NCBI GenBank assembly: GCA_965219455.1
Contig: OZ244744.1
Location: 3,488,001-3,552,000, forward strand
Length of the DNA stretch: 64,000 nt
Reading direction: 5' to 3'
From: Candidatus Latescibacterota bacterium
GTDB taxonomy: Bacteria > Latescibacterota > UBA2968 > GCA-2709665
Below the pieces are notes generated by a model. The model was not told the DNA's origin, did not search any database, and worked only from the letters and a program-made list of their open reading frames with translations. Positions 8,080 to 17,757 of this stretch are shown here, piece after piece (position 1 is the first letter of the stretch; every line of letters begins with the position of its first letter). Both the position numbers and the translations under genes were made by a program.

Positions 8080-10119
8080 TTACCACCTTACTCTGAAGCG
8101 CGTTTCCGCCAATGCTTTTCGACCTGTGTGCAGATCCTCCACCACGACTCTAAACGACCTCAGTCCCGTCGATGCGCCGTCCATATCCACGCGCAGGTGG
8201 CGCGGCTCCCAATCCCGGGCGCCCCGGTACGAGTAAGAAACTGCCGTGGTCCAGTCGGCCGTGGAACTGTCGCCCGCCCGTTCCGGCAGCGATTGTATCT
8301 GATAGCTGATGCGGTAGTGGGTGACGCCGTAGTCGTCACGCGAAAGATTGTAGATCTCAAAGTAGAACCACGCCTGTCCCTGTCGGCGGCAAACCTGCAA
8401 TGGATTCGGCAGCACGGCAAACTGCCCACGGCCGTATGGGGCGTCCTCCCGCATCTTAATGCGTCTTGCCATCAACAGGCTGCTGACCTCCAGTGTGTCC
8501 TGCCCGAATGATCTTACACGCAGCCGCTCCCGAAACGTGCCCACCCGCTTCGTCTGCCGGTCTTCGGCTTCGCCCGCGAGAAAATACGGCCCCGGCGCAA
8601 GGACTACGCGTTCCGCCGCCAACAGGAAGCCCTCTTCCGTGGATTCATACGCGACCCGCGGCATCTGCGCCACGCTAACGACGTTGTGACTCACGGTATC
8701 CCAATCGGAATCGAATAGAAAAAGCGCCTGTCTGACGTCCACTGCGGCGTTCCCGCTGCCCTCCGATCGTGCATGCCGCAGGTGTTCATCCAGAAGCGCG
8801 TAATACACTTCGACGCGCGTATTGCCGTTGTCATGCCGGAACTGCGCAGTCTGGTAAGGTGCGTCATACTGCAGGGGATGTTTATAGATGTCGGGTACCG
8901 CCTTAACCAGTTGCTCAAGAGTCAGGCGTTTGTTCCCCAGTCTGGCCATTCCGAATAGCCAGGAGTCCCAGGAAACCGTATTGGAGAACACCACTGTAAA
9001 CGAACCATAGTCCCATATTTCCTTCCGTCCCCTGGCGGGATCTTTCATGAAGCGGACGCGCGGATCTCCGTATCGGATATAGACCTGCCCCCGGTCGGTC
9101 TGCCAACCATCCCACCCGTTTATTGGATCGGAGAACCGCAGGTTCGCGTACGCCACGCGCCGGCACTGTTCCAGCAGGCGTTCATTGACCGATGTCAGAT
9201 ACATCGGGTCCTTTCCGAACCAGAACTTGCGGATCTCCTCTTCGCTCGGGACCGGCTCACCCGGTTTATCCTGACCGGGGTCTCGAATCAGGAAGACCGA
9301 CTGCATGAACCTGCGGGCCGTTTCAGTCATCCGGTTCAGTCCATCCACATAGGCCCGATGGGCAGCATCCAGATCCCCCTTCATCTGATAGCCCAGGCCC
9401 GCGAAAAAGTGGGCGTTCCAATTCTCCGGCCGGCGCTTTCGATAGGCTTCGAAGAGGTCGATCAGGGGCTCGGGCATTCCGGCCGCGTAGAAGGATAGGC
9501 CGAGGTACTGGTGAGACGGCCAGTGGACCGGATCCACGCCGATGGCGTGGGTCAGGTACGCGATTCCGCGGTCTATTTCCAGATCCGGATACTCGACGTA
9601 CGTGAGCGTTTTTCTACCGACGATTGAATGTCTTCCCACTCCCGCTTTGGCATCGTCATCAGGCATATCGGTGAAATAGGTCATCTCCCAGGACCAGACC
9701 ACAAAGCGCCCCGCCCAGAATAACGCCTCTACATGATCCGGATCCAGCGCCAGAGCCTCGATCGCTTTTCGGAAAGAATTCGGACGCTGTAAAGTCCGCC
9801 AAAACAACTCAGCGTAAGTTGCCAGATAGTCCGGGTTTTCCCGCTCCCGCATCAGTGCGCGCAGCAGCCATTTGCCCGCTGTCTGACGGGATACCGGCGT
9901 GCCCTTCGCTATGTAAAACCTCGCCAGCGCGTGCATTGCCTTTCCGGACCGGTCATGGCTCAGCGCATCCTTCATCAGGGCTTCACGACGGTCCTGATGA
10001 AGCAGCGTATCCGCCGCAACGGCCAGTAGCGAGTCCATCCTTACGGGATCGGACCGTTTGGCATCGACACGGATGGTACTCAAAACCAACAGGCAGACAG
10101 CTAATGAAAGGTGAACCAT
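8080..10119 (-). CDS. Secreted TPR + GWxTD domain protein
   Basis: Signal peptide, TPR-like helices, FWFGKDP...RRVAYAN...GWQTDRGQVYIRYGDP. Start chosen at ATG 10119 (RBS AGGAG). Confidence 0.88.
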   Translation of the reverse strand: MVHLSLAVCLLVLSTIRVDAKRSDPVRMDSLLAVAADTLLHQDRREALMKDALSHDRSGKAMHALARFYIAKGTPVSRQTAGKWLLRALMRERENPDYLATYAELFWRTLQRPNSFRKAIEALALDPDHVEALFWAGRFVVWSWEMTYFTDMPDDDAKAGVGRHSIVGRKTLTYVEYPDLEIDRGIAYLTHAIGVDPVHWPSHQYLGLSFYAAGMPEPLIDLFEAYRKRRPENWNAHFFAGLGYQMKGDLDAAHRAYVDGLNRMTETARRFMQSVFLIRDPGQDKPGEPVPSEEEIRKFWFGKDPMYLTSVNERLLEQCRRVAYANLRFSDPINGWDGWQTDRGQVYIRYGDPRVRFMKDPARGRKEIWDYGSFTVVFSNTVSWDSWLFGMARLGNKRLTLEQLVKAVPDIYKHPLQYDAPYQTAQFRHDNGNTRVEVYYALLDEHLRHARSEGSGNAAVDVRQALFLFDSDWDTVSHNVVSVAQMPRVAYESTEEGFLLAAERVVLAPGPYFLAGEAEDRQTKRVGTFRERLRVRSFGQDTLEVSSLLMARRIKMREDAPYGRGQFAVLPNPLQVCRRQGQAWFYFEIYNLSRDDYGVTHYRISYQIQSLPERAGDSSTADWTTAVSYSYRGARDWEPRHLRVDMDGASTGLRSFRVVVEDLHTGRKALAETRFRVRW

Positions 10120-10247
10120 TTTCGTGGCTCCTTGCATCCCTTAAGCGGCAGGATCTCGCCCGCCATTCGTGATTGGATTCACTGTCTGGAAAGACAACCT
10201 GGCGCAAGGGTTTGCAACTGGGTTGGCGGATTCAGCCCCTTCACATT

Positions 10248-10278
10248 GTAAGACACTCGTTCTCGAGCCCGGGTTCGA
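10248..10278 (-). promoter_or_regulatory. Candidate ECF sigma promoter for the GWxTD gene
   Basis: Minus strand TCGAACC-N17-GTCTTAC. Confidence 0.5.
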
Positions 10279-10368
10279 TAAAATCCGGGATAATTCTCCA
10301 TCCTTACACAAAAAAAAGGGCCTTACATACTTAACTTGACAAAAGGCTGGGGTTTGAAAGGAGTGGTT

Positions 10369-10617
10369 TTATGGGTTTGGTTCGTCGTCATCAGGAAGAG
10401 ACTTGCGAACACTGTCAGCGACTTTTTGAAGTTCGGTTTCGGCGTATGCTTCCTTCAAGAGAGGAAGTTTCGAAAGGCAGTCAGCGCGGTTTTGAAGGTC
10501 TAATCGAAGGCTATGTTTTTGGGAATCTGGTAAAGTCCGAAGAGTAACTTCGACGACGTTCTCGATGGCCAGTATGCGGAGTTCGAGATCTCGGAGTATA
10601 ATGCCTTTGATGTCCAC
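10369..10617 (-). CDS. Small hypothetical protein (82 aa), cargo
   Basis: Strong RBS AGGAGG before GTG; helical-looking sequence; no recognised family. Confidence 0.6.
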   Translation of the reverse strand: MDIKGIILRDLELRILAIENVVEVTLRTLPDSQKHSLRLDLQNRADCLSKLPLLKEAYAETELQKVADSVRKSLPDDDEPNP

Positions 10618-10954
10618 AGAGAATCCTCCTTTTTTCTACCTAAGTCAAGGTGAAGTGCTTGACAAAAGGCTGGGGGTTTATGGAGCCCATTGAAAGCAGG
10701 GAGGGGCAGGGTGCATCCGAAGATTGAATAAGACGACGGATTCCCTTGAGAAGTTTTAAGACTGTCCTGATTAACCACTTCCAAAAAATGGTTCGGGGAC
10801 TTCTTCCTCAAAGATAAACAAACGAGATCCAAAACGGTTCATATAGATATCTTGTAGAGCGCCTCAGAGAAGCCCAAACAGAAAATCCCCGACACACCTC
10901 TTCCAAGGTCGGGGATCTTTGTGCTTTACACAACACCCAGGAGCGCTTCCTGGG

Positions 10955-11500
10955 CTATCTTCGAGAAAAGCTACTCCCTTCTAAGTGCTGACGAAACTCT
11001 GCATATGCTTGATCGAGATTTGCCTTTCTGCCTTCCCACAGCACCTTCGTCGAATAGGTGGTCATTGCCGCTCCTACAGCCCCAACCATAAAGCCATAGT
11101 ATTCTTTCTGGTGGTCAACTGCCGGGTCAGTCAGTGTCTTATTTCCGCGAAACAATACAGTTTGATCGTACCGTGGACCCAGATCCTTTAATTCAAATCC
11201 AGCAGCCATAAGACCCACTCCAAGGAATATCTGTAATGCTTCACGAAATTTCTTCACTGGTTCTTGACGAACCTTGGGCTTACGTTGATCCCAGAGATGC
11301 TTAACCGAAAGGGTGATGAGCGATGAACCTGCTATTCCTCGAAGAAATGCCATACTCTCAGGAACATCTTCATCAGCACTAAAATAAATTTGTTGTGTGC
11401 GCTCCGGCCAATACTCAACCGTATAGTTATCATCTATACCCCTGAGCCCACTGACAAACAAGAAGCTCCCGGCTAACAGACCCAAAATTCCGATTTTCAT
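10955..11500 (-). CDS. Hypothetical membrane protein with a two-fold internal repeat, cargo
   Basis: Four hydrophobic segments; halves end GSSLITLSVKHLWDQRK and GAAMTTYSTKVLWEGRK; hairpins follow the stop. Confidence 0.65.
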   Translation of the reverse strand: MKIGILGLLAGSFLFVSGLRGIDDNYTVEYWPERTQQIYFSADEDVPESMAFLRGIAGSSLITLSVKHLWDQRKPKVRQEPVKKFREALQIFLGVGLMAAGFELKDLGPRYDQTVLFRGNKTLTDPAVDHQKEYYGFMVGAVGAAMTTYSTKVLWEGRKANLDQAYAEFRQHLEGSSFSRR

Positions 11501-11506
11501 AATCAC

Positions 11507-11822
11507 CTACCAATGTGTGTTTGTTTCAATAATTTTTACTTGAGCATCTTTTTCGTCGCTATCCGCTTCATTTCGTCTAAGTGTTTGATAACTACCTCGA
11601 TGCAGACGAATATCCTGCCAGAAAGCAACATTATCATCAGAACTGGTTGGATCTGCTTCCCAAATCTGAAGTTTATCTAAGTCCTGATTGCAAGTTCCGT
11701 GTATCTCAGACGATTGCCAATTGGTGTATACTGAATCAACAACATCAAGCTCAGGTAATGGTTTACGGTCTATGTCTATCGAATTATTATAATAATACAG
11801 TTCTAACCTGGTTAATACTAAA
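11507..11822 (-). pseudogene. Headless 3' fragment of an unknown gene
   Basis: Open frame ...LELYYYNNSIDIDRK...LQIWEADPTSSDDNVAFW...ETNTHW* with no start codon; its stop lies 6 bp before the next gene's ATG (11500). Confidence 0.5.
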
Positions 11823-12473
11823 GATTGGTGGGAAATTCCTATGATCGCTACATCAAATAAAACTGAGCGCGTAGGCTATCCAACCCAGAAACCAATCGCC
11901 TTGTACGAACGAATCATAAAAGCCAGCAGCAATGAAGGTAATATCGTCCTTGATCCATTTTGCGGTTGCGCAACAACACTAATTGCAGCCGAACGCCTGG
12001 GTAGACAATGGGTAGGCATGGACATATGGAATAAAGCCCACGACCTCGTCATAGAACGACTCAAAAGGGAAGGACTGGCAGGACCGGACGGCGATACAGG
12101 AGGCAAGCTGGCCTTTGGGGATATCACGTACACAAAAAAGCCACCTGAGAGGACGGACAGTGGTATTGATGTTGCCCCTTTTCTACGTGTTCGGGAAGTG
12201 GTAAAAGAACCGAAAGATAAATATTCGACAAACGCCCAACGGCGGGCGTTCCTACTTAAACAGCATGGCTGTGTCTGTCAAGGTTGCAACCGCTCATTTG
12301 ATGACGACAGGTATTTGGAACTGGATCACAACACACCCAGAGCTGACGGAGGTTGGAACCATATTTCCAACCGTGTCTTACTCTGTGGCCCATGTAACAG
12401 ACTGAAAAGCCATGTTTATACATTGTCGGGATTAAGGCGGGAAAATAAGAAGAGGGGATATGTGGTAGATTAG
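11823..12473 (+). pseudogene. 5'-truncated N6/N4 DNA methyltransferase fused to an HNH endonuclease
   Basis: DWWEIP...ERVGYPTQKP, SAM motif VLDPFCGCATT, HNH C-C...LELDHNTP-GG-N-SN-LC-CN. The catalytic DPPY/F half is missing (in-frame TAA at 11793). Confidence 0.8.
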
Positions 12474-12672
12474 ATGAAAACCAATTCAAAAATGTGCTGA
12501 TAATTAGTTTGTCAAGCTAAGTATATAAGCCCCAAAAAAAAGGGCCGGTAGGCCCTCCCTTCCCTCTCTGGATGCAAGTGACGGAAATATCAAACCATTT
12601 CAGTTTCAAATTCGTGATTCGACCAGGATCGGGACCGGTCGAATACAGTCGAGCGATAGGAGCGGTCCGTGA

Positions 12673-14886
12673 CTATCCATCCAACCGGAATACGGCGTTC
12701 CTGGAAGCCGAAGTACTCGAATTCAGATCTGCCACCGTGACTTCTATCTGATGAAGACCCGGTTTTACCTTTTTCATATCCAGCTCAAAGTAGATGGGCT
12801 CGGAGGAATCCGTACCCGCTCGCTCATAGCTTACCACCAACTCCGGTTCCGTTTTGCGGACAAACTGGCGTATTTTCGCCGCCAGGGCGCCGAACGGGTT
12901 GAATCCCCGCCTGATGTTTTGCCGTAGCGTGTAAGATACCCGGTAACGGGTTTGACCGAACTCATCCTTCAGTAAGCGATACACCTCATAGTAAATGAAT
13001 ACGCTCTGGCCTCTCCCATAACTCCGGCTGGGCATGGGAACCACCGAGACATCGCCTTTCTGGAATTTGGCGGCTCCGCGGGTCTTCGATATTCCCCACG
13101 CCAGTTCCAGGTCGCTCAGCTTGAGAGAATCTCCATATGCAGGCACATCCAGATCCTGATGATACAGCCCCCACTTGTCCGAATAGAGGTCCGTCAACTG
13201 AACGGCGAGCCGATAGGCCCCCGGCGGCAGCCGTACCGTCATTGTCTGAGGCACGAACGTGCCGGGTTTCGCGTTCTGCTGTCCTGTAAACGCGAGCCGG
13301 TCCCGTACCCTGTGGATCACGTCGCCTTTTTCGTCAACCACGGCAACCGTATATTCAACCTGGGACAGAAGGCGATCTTCGATTTCTCTGCTTACAACGT
13401 GTTCCACGGGGATGCCGAAATAGACCTCCAACTTCGTGCGGTCAACCCCTCCATAGAAGGTGGCAAGATCATAGTAGAACTCCAGGGCTTCGACACCGGG
13501 GGGCAGGTCGAAATAATCCGGCGTCCTGGAGGCCACGTCTTTAAAAACGACCGCAGGATTGTACTTCATGAATCGGCTGAATTTCCCGATGTCGGTGTTA
13601 AACCCAATTTTCGGCGGCGGCGCGAAATCCCAATTTCCATTTCCGACCTCATCCGTGAACACAAATTCAATCCCTCCCCCGACGCCGGTGTAAACCCATG
13701 ACTCCCAGGCGACCCGGTTTCCGCCGAGACGAAAACTCTTTACAGGATAGATGGGCTCGGTGATCGCCTGTTCGTATTTTCCCACGTCAAAGGTCTCCAC
13801 CCCATACAAATGGAAATGGATCAATTCCTTCACTGACTGTACGTCCAGACTGGCCGGTTGGTTTGTCCGGTCCGACCTGGAACGATAGTCGGGCTCACCG
13901 TAGCGGATGTAAACCTCCCCCCGTCGATCCCAGGGATGCATTTTGTCGGAAAAATAGGTGCGCGCGTACCAGATACGCCGGTAGTGTTCCGCCTGGCGGT
14001 GCGCTCCCCCGGATACCAGGGTTGGATCCCGCTGGCGCCAGAACGGCTTCAACGAGTGTGCCGCCGTTCCGGAATGTGTCGAGGTGTACGCTTTCAACTC
14101 CTCGGGAGAAGCAATCAGTGAAATATCCTTGTAGAGCTTCCGCTCTGTCTCGGAAATGAGTCCTAAATAGGCTTCAAACAGGTGCAGAGCTTTATCAGCG
14201 TCTCCTCGTGCGGCGTATGCCTGCGCAGCCAGCGGCAGGAAACGGCTGGACCCGGGATGTTTCTCGAGTACCCGGTTCGTGATTGCTAGTACCAGAACAT
14301 ATCGCTGTTGCCCGGTATATGCCATTGCCAGACCGAAGTGTCCGTCCAGGTCGTCCGGCCGCAACTCCAGGTACCGCTCATACAGGACCACCCTCCGGTC
14401 TTCGTATCCATCCGAAAGCCATTCCGCAAGGGTGAAGTACGCGGGCGCGTAGCCCGGATGGTGCTTGATGACGTCCTTCAGGGCCTTCTCAGCGTCCAGT
14501 TGCCCCAACTGTTTCTGCAGGCGGGCGATATTCATTCTGGCCTCGGCATAGTCGGGATCTGCCGCCAGTGCCCGTCTGAAGTACTCGAAAGCCTTCCTGT
14601 TCACCGCCCTGGAGCTCGGATCAAGCATGTAAGCCAGCCCCAGACCGTTGTATCCATCGGCCCTGTTGTTGCTTCGAATGCCCTTCCTGAACGCCCCTTT
14701 TGCCCGCTTGAAGTCACCCGCGGCAAGATAGGCGTGCCCGAGGCGCACCCATGCGCGCCCGTCCTTCGGATCAGCATGTGTTGTGGCCTCAAGTGCCTTT
14801 AGCGAATCCGATTCAGCTGCAGGTGAAACCAGTGGAATGAATACAACGACCACCAAAAGGAAAGCAGTCCCGATAGAGTTTCTCAT
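12673..14886 (-). CDS. Secreted TPR + GWxTD-like domain protein
   Basis: Signal peptide MRNSIG..., TPRs, FWRQRDP...EHYRRIWYA...WDRRGEVYIRYGEP. The track extension to 15018 is MITE sequence. Confidence 0.88.
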   Translation of the reverse strand: MRNSIGTAFLLVVVVFIPLVSPAAESDSLKALEATTHADPKDGRAWVRLGHAYLAAGDFKRAKGAFRKGIRSNNRADGYNGLGLAYMLDPSSRAVNRKAFEYFRRALAADPDYAEARMNIARLQKQLGQLDAEKALKDVIKHHPGYAPAYFTLAEWLSDGYEDRRVVLYERYLELRPDDLDGHFGLAMAYTGQQRYVLVLAITNRVLEKHPGSSRFLPLAAQAYAARGDADKALHLFEAYLGLISETERKLYKDISLIASPEELKAYTSTHSGTAAHSLKPFWRQRDPTLVSGGAHRQAEHYRRIWYARTYFSDKMHPWDRRGEVYIRYGEPDYRSRSDRTNQPASLDVQSVKELIHFHLYGVETFDVGKYEQAITEPIYPVKSFRLGGNRVAWESWVYTGVGGGIEFVFTDEVGNGNWDFAPPPKIGFNTDIGKFSRFMKYNPAVVFKDVASRTPDYFDLPPGVEALEFYYDLATFYGGVDRTKLEVYFGIPVEHVVSREIEDRLLSQVEYTVAVVDEKGDVIHRVRDRLAFTGQQNAKPGTFVPQTMTVRLPPGAYRLAVQLTDLYSDKWGLYHQDLDVPAYGDSLKLSDLELAWGISKTRGAAKFQKGDVSVVPMPSRSYGRGQSVFIYYEVYRLLKDEFGQTRYRVSYTLRQNIRRGFNPFGALAAKIRQFVRKTEPELVVSYERAGTDSSEPIYFELDMKKVKPGLHQIEVTVADLNSSTSASRNAVFRLDG

Positions 14887-14900
14887 ATTGGCAACCTTAA

Positions 14901-15059
14901 CAGCCCGTTGAAAAAGTCCATCCGGGCTGCGTCCGGCCCTTGTGTCCGAATTACTGCGTTGCGCTCCCTCCCCGAATCCCCGATTCGACGCGGTCGCGCG
15001 CCTTGTCTTCGGCCACAATGACTCGGCCTCGCCTGCAGAGCGACTTTTTCAACGGACTG
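14901..15059. mobile_element. 159-bp MITE with IS5/IS1182-like ends
   Basis: TIRs CAGCCCGTTGAAAAAGTC / GACTTTTTCAACGGACTG, flanked by TTAA on both sides; related copies at 26340, 54199 and 57877. Confidence 0.85.
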
Positions 15060-15362
15060 TTAAGTTGGGAATCCATCCCTGCTTTGAAGTTGATGGTTTG
15101 GTCGAGGTCGGTCGGCATCAGGCGCCGCCGCGCCAAGGATGCAGAGGGCGATCACGGCCAGGACTGCCGCGCGCATAAAGTCTCTTGGCACAGTGCCGCC
15201 TGAGTTTGGTCGAAGAATGGAGCCTGGACGATATTTCACGAGTATTCCTGTCTTTGAGGGAATGGCACGATCGGCCTGCGTCATACCAGGGCGGCAGACG
15301 GCGTTGGGATGCCCACGTGCCCGATCATTCCACACGTTGATGAAATAGTATAGCGATGAAAC

Positions 15363-15394
15363 GTAAGACGGGGAGAGAATGTCGACAGGATCGA
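15363..15394 (-). promoter_or_regulatory. Candidate ECF sigma promoter
   Basis: Minus strand TCGATCC-N18-GTCTTAC upstream of the second GWxTD locus. Confidence 0.45.
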
Positions 15395-15472
15395 ATAGGG
15401 GATTATTCGCGAGTTCCCCGCCAACACACCGGATCTGGGTAGAATCCGGGCCTCAAAAATCCTGCAAATTCG

Positions 15473-15991
15473 CTAAAACAGAATTTGCCTTCCTGCAAGA
15501 TTGCTCAACATTAGCTGAAACTCGTCTATTCGCAAATTGCCTCTGTATATCAGCAGGTTCACGCCTTCGATCCCTTCAGGCGTCGGGAAGTCGATCTGGT
15601 CGACAAAGGCGGCAAAAGCCTCGTGGAAGGTGGCCAGCCCCTGCTCGTACCGGTCGTGAATCCGGCTCAATTCAGCGTCATCCGGCCTTATGTTCCTGAC
15701 CCGCTCCTGCAATGCCTCCAGGCGGACGATCATATTCGACATGAACTGCCGTGTCCAGTACCTTGAAACCACGCCGCCCGACCATCCCTGGGAGATGGAC
15801 GCGAATTCGGCATTCATCAGATTCACTGTCTCGTAGGTCCGCGAGACGTTTACCAGGTACGCATTCAGATCCGATACAGCAACCGACAACATCACAGCCG
15901 TGGTGTCGGGTGTCGGCTCAACCACCCCTACGGGATCCGACGATCCGCAGCCCAGGCAGAAGATCAATAGTATTCCCAGCCAACGCTTCAT
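15473..15991 (-). CDS. Hypothetical lipoprotein
   Basis: MKRWLGILLIFCLGC lipobox-like signal. Confidence 0.75.
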   Translation of the reverse strand: MKRWLGILLIFCLGCGSSDPVGVVEPTPDTTAVMLSVAVSDLNAYLVNVSRTYETVNLMNAEFASISQGWSGGVVSRYWTRQFMSNMIVRLEALQERVRNIRPDDAELSRIHDRYEQGLATFHEAFAAFVDQIDFPTPEGIEGVNLLIYRGNLRIDEFQLMLSNLAGRQILF

Positions 15992-16033
15992 TTCCGTCGA
16001 CCTCTCACCCGGCCAGATTCCACGTTGTAGCGT

Positions 16034-16972
16034 TCAATCCTGTGAAATGAAGGACGGCTTGCGACTTCCACCCAACCGCTTCTCGTACACCGCGCGCCGG
16101 AGAACCACCTCAAAGCCCAGCCGGTGGTACAGGCGAACGGCCGATTCCAGCGTTTCACTGGTGTTCAGGATCGCTTCCCCGTACCCCAGTTCCTTCAATT
16201 TATGCACCGCCCGGACGTTCAGCACCCACCCCAAACCTTTTCTCCGATGTTCCGGTACAACCGCCACCCAGTGAATCAGACCGACTTCCTTACCCCGATT
16301 CATGGCTGTCCAGGCCGTGGTCGTGCCCACGGGTTCACCGTTGCAAATAGCAAACAGGACCCGCGCCGGCTCGAAATACGGTGAGTCGAGATATTCTTTC
16401 CGGAAGTCCACTTCCGTCCACGCCCGGCCGCCGCCTTCACTCAAGAAAGCGGCATTCTTGATCCGAACGAATGCCGAATCGTCGCCCGTTTCGTAAGTCC
16501 TGATTCGGTACCCCGCCGGCGGTTTCGCCTCGGGAAGATCAGTCAGTTCACGCCACATTCGCAACCCCGCGCCGAACATGGGTTTCCAGCCTGTCCGTTC
16601 GAGCAGTCGAACCGCCGCAACGTCGTCGCTGGCAATGTTCGTGCCCGTCCGCAAAGATTCGTACCCGTTTCTGCCGGCAACCACTTCCACGTTCGCCAGT
16701 AGATGCCGACCCACACCCGCGCGGCGGTGTTCGGGAAGTACCCCCAGAAATCTTAGCACCGCGGCACGGTCTTCGCCTGTTGACCTCAGAATGCAGACAC
16801 CCACGGGCGTCGCACCATCGAACGCCAGCACAATCTGGTCACTACGCAGATTTTCGAGGTTTTCCAGGGTCGGCGGCGTCAGATCTCCGCCCCCCTCGGC
16901 ACAACGCGCCATCAAGTCCACGAGACCCTGAATTGAAAGGGACCCATCCCGCAGACGAAGCGTTGTGTTCAC
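16034..16972 (-). CDS. Tandem GNAT acetyltransferase (MshD-like architecture)
   Basis: Two acetyl-CoA motifs, VLPEHRRAGVG and VVPEHRRKGLG; GTG start overlaps the SDR stop. Confidence 0.85.
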   Translation of the reverse strand: MNTTLRLRDGSLSIQGLVDLMARCAEGGGDLTPPTLENLENLRSDQIVLAFDGATPVGVCILRSTGEDRAAVLRFLGVLPEHRRAGVGRHLLANVEVVAGRNGYESLRTGTNIASDDVAAVRLLERTGWKPMFGAGLRMWRELTDLPEAKPPAGYRIRTYETGDDSAFVRIKNAAFLSEGGGRAWTEVDFRKEYLDSPYFEPARVLFAICNGEPVGTTTAWTAMNRGKEVGLIHWVAVVPEHRRKGLGWVLNVRAVHKLKELGYGEAILNTSETLESAVRLYHRLGFEVVLRRAVYEKRLGGSRKPSFISQD

Positions 16973-17757
16973 GTGAGTTTGCCTTCCACATGATCCAGAA
17001 AAGCCGGATTTCCCGATGTCACGCCCCCATCGGCAACAACAACCGCACCGGTAACGAACGATGCCTCGTCCGAGGCCAGAAAGAGCGCGACGTTGGCGAT
17101 TTCCTCGGGTTTTCCGACGCGCTTGAGGGGATAGACCTGCGCAATGCGTTCGAATATTTCCGGATCCTTTTCCAGTACGGGCTGCCACCCTTCCGTGTCA
17201 ATGGTTCCCGGGCAGATTGCATTCACCCGCACCCCCTCCGGGCCGTAATCCACCGCCATTGTTTTCGTGAGTGAAATGACGCCCGCCTTTGCCGCGCTGT
17301 ACGCGCTCTCTCCAAACGACATAATCGCGTTGACGGACGAAATATTCACGATCGATCCGCCGCCGCGATGGATCATCCGGGGAAGCGCCGCCCGGCTGCA
17401 CAGGTAGGCGCTCTTCAGGCATCCCTCGATATTCCGGTCCCATAATTCCGGCTCGATCTCCAGGACATGAGTCCCATGGCAATAATAGGCATTGTTCACC
17501 AGAATATCAAGGCCGCCATACCTTTTCATGGCCATTTCGAGCGCGCGTTTTACATCCGCCTCATCGGTGGCGCTGCCAACCACCAGCGTCGCCGCGCCGT
17601 CCGCCCGGTGGATCGACTCAACGATGGCCTCTCCGCGCGCCTGGTCCAGTTCCAGTACAACCACCTTTGCGCCTTCCTTCGCGAACCGCATTGACGCGGC
17701 CCTGCCGATACCTGCGCCGCCGCCCGTAATCCAGGCGACCTTTCCATCTAACCGCAT
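16969..17757 (-). CDS. Short-chain dehydrogenase/reductase
   Basis: TGGGAGIG, NNA, YSAAK, VRVNAICPG; start ATG 17757 with RBS GAGGAG. Confidence 0.92.
   Translation of the reverse strand: MRLDGKVAWITGGGAGIGRAASMRFAKEGAKVVVLELDQARGEAIVESIHRADGAATLVVGSATDEADVKRALEMAMKRYGGLDILVNNAYYCHGTHVLEIEPELWDRNIEGCLKSAYLCSRAALPRMIHRGGGSIVNISSVNAIMSFGESAYSAAKAGVISLTKTMAVDYGPEGVRVNAICPGTIDTEGWQPVLEKDPEIFERIAQVYPLKRVGKPEEIANVALFLASDEASFVTGAVVVADGGVTSGNPAFLDHVEGKLT

Larger units (their letters stand above)
10318..12533. mobile_element. Non-autonomous cargo element (IS1595-like ends), no transposase
   Basis: TIRs GGGCCTTACATACTTAACTTGACAAA (10318-10343) and the reverse complement of 12508-12533, GGGGCTTATATACTTAGCTTGACAAA (23/26 identical). 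AAAAAAAA flanks both sides; the interior is AT-rich. Confidence 0.8.

Noticed and set aside
11581-11844. 87-aa plus-strand ORF as the missing MTase N-terminus
   Set aside because: No DPPY/F or other MTase motif; the opposite strand reads as the more protein-like fragment.
14887-15018. N-terminal extension of the 781-aa GWxTD ORF
   Set aside because: Lies inside the MITE; the signal peptide begins at ATG 14886.
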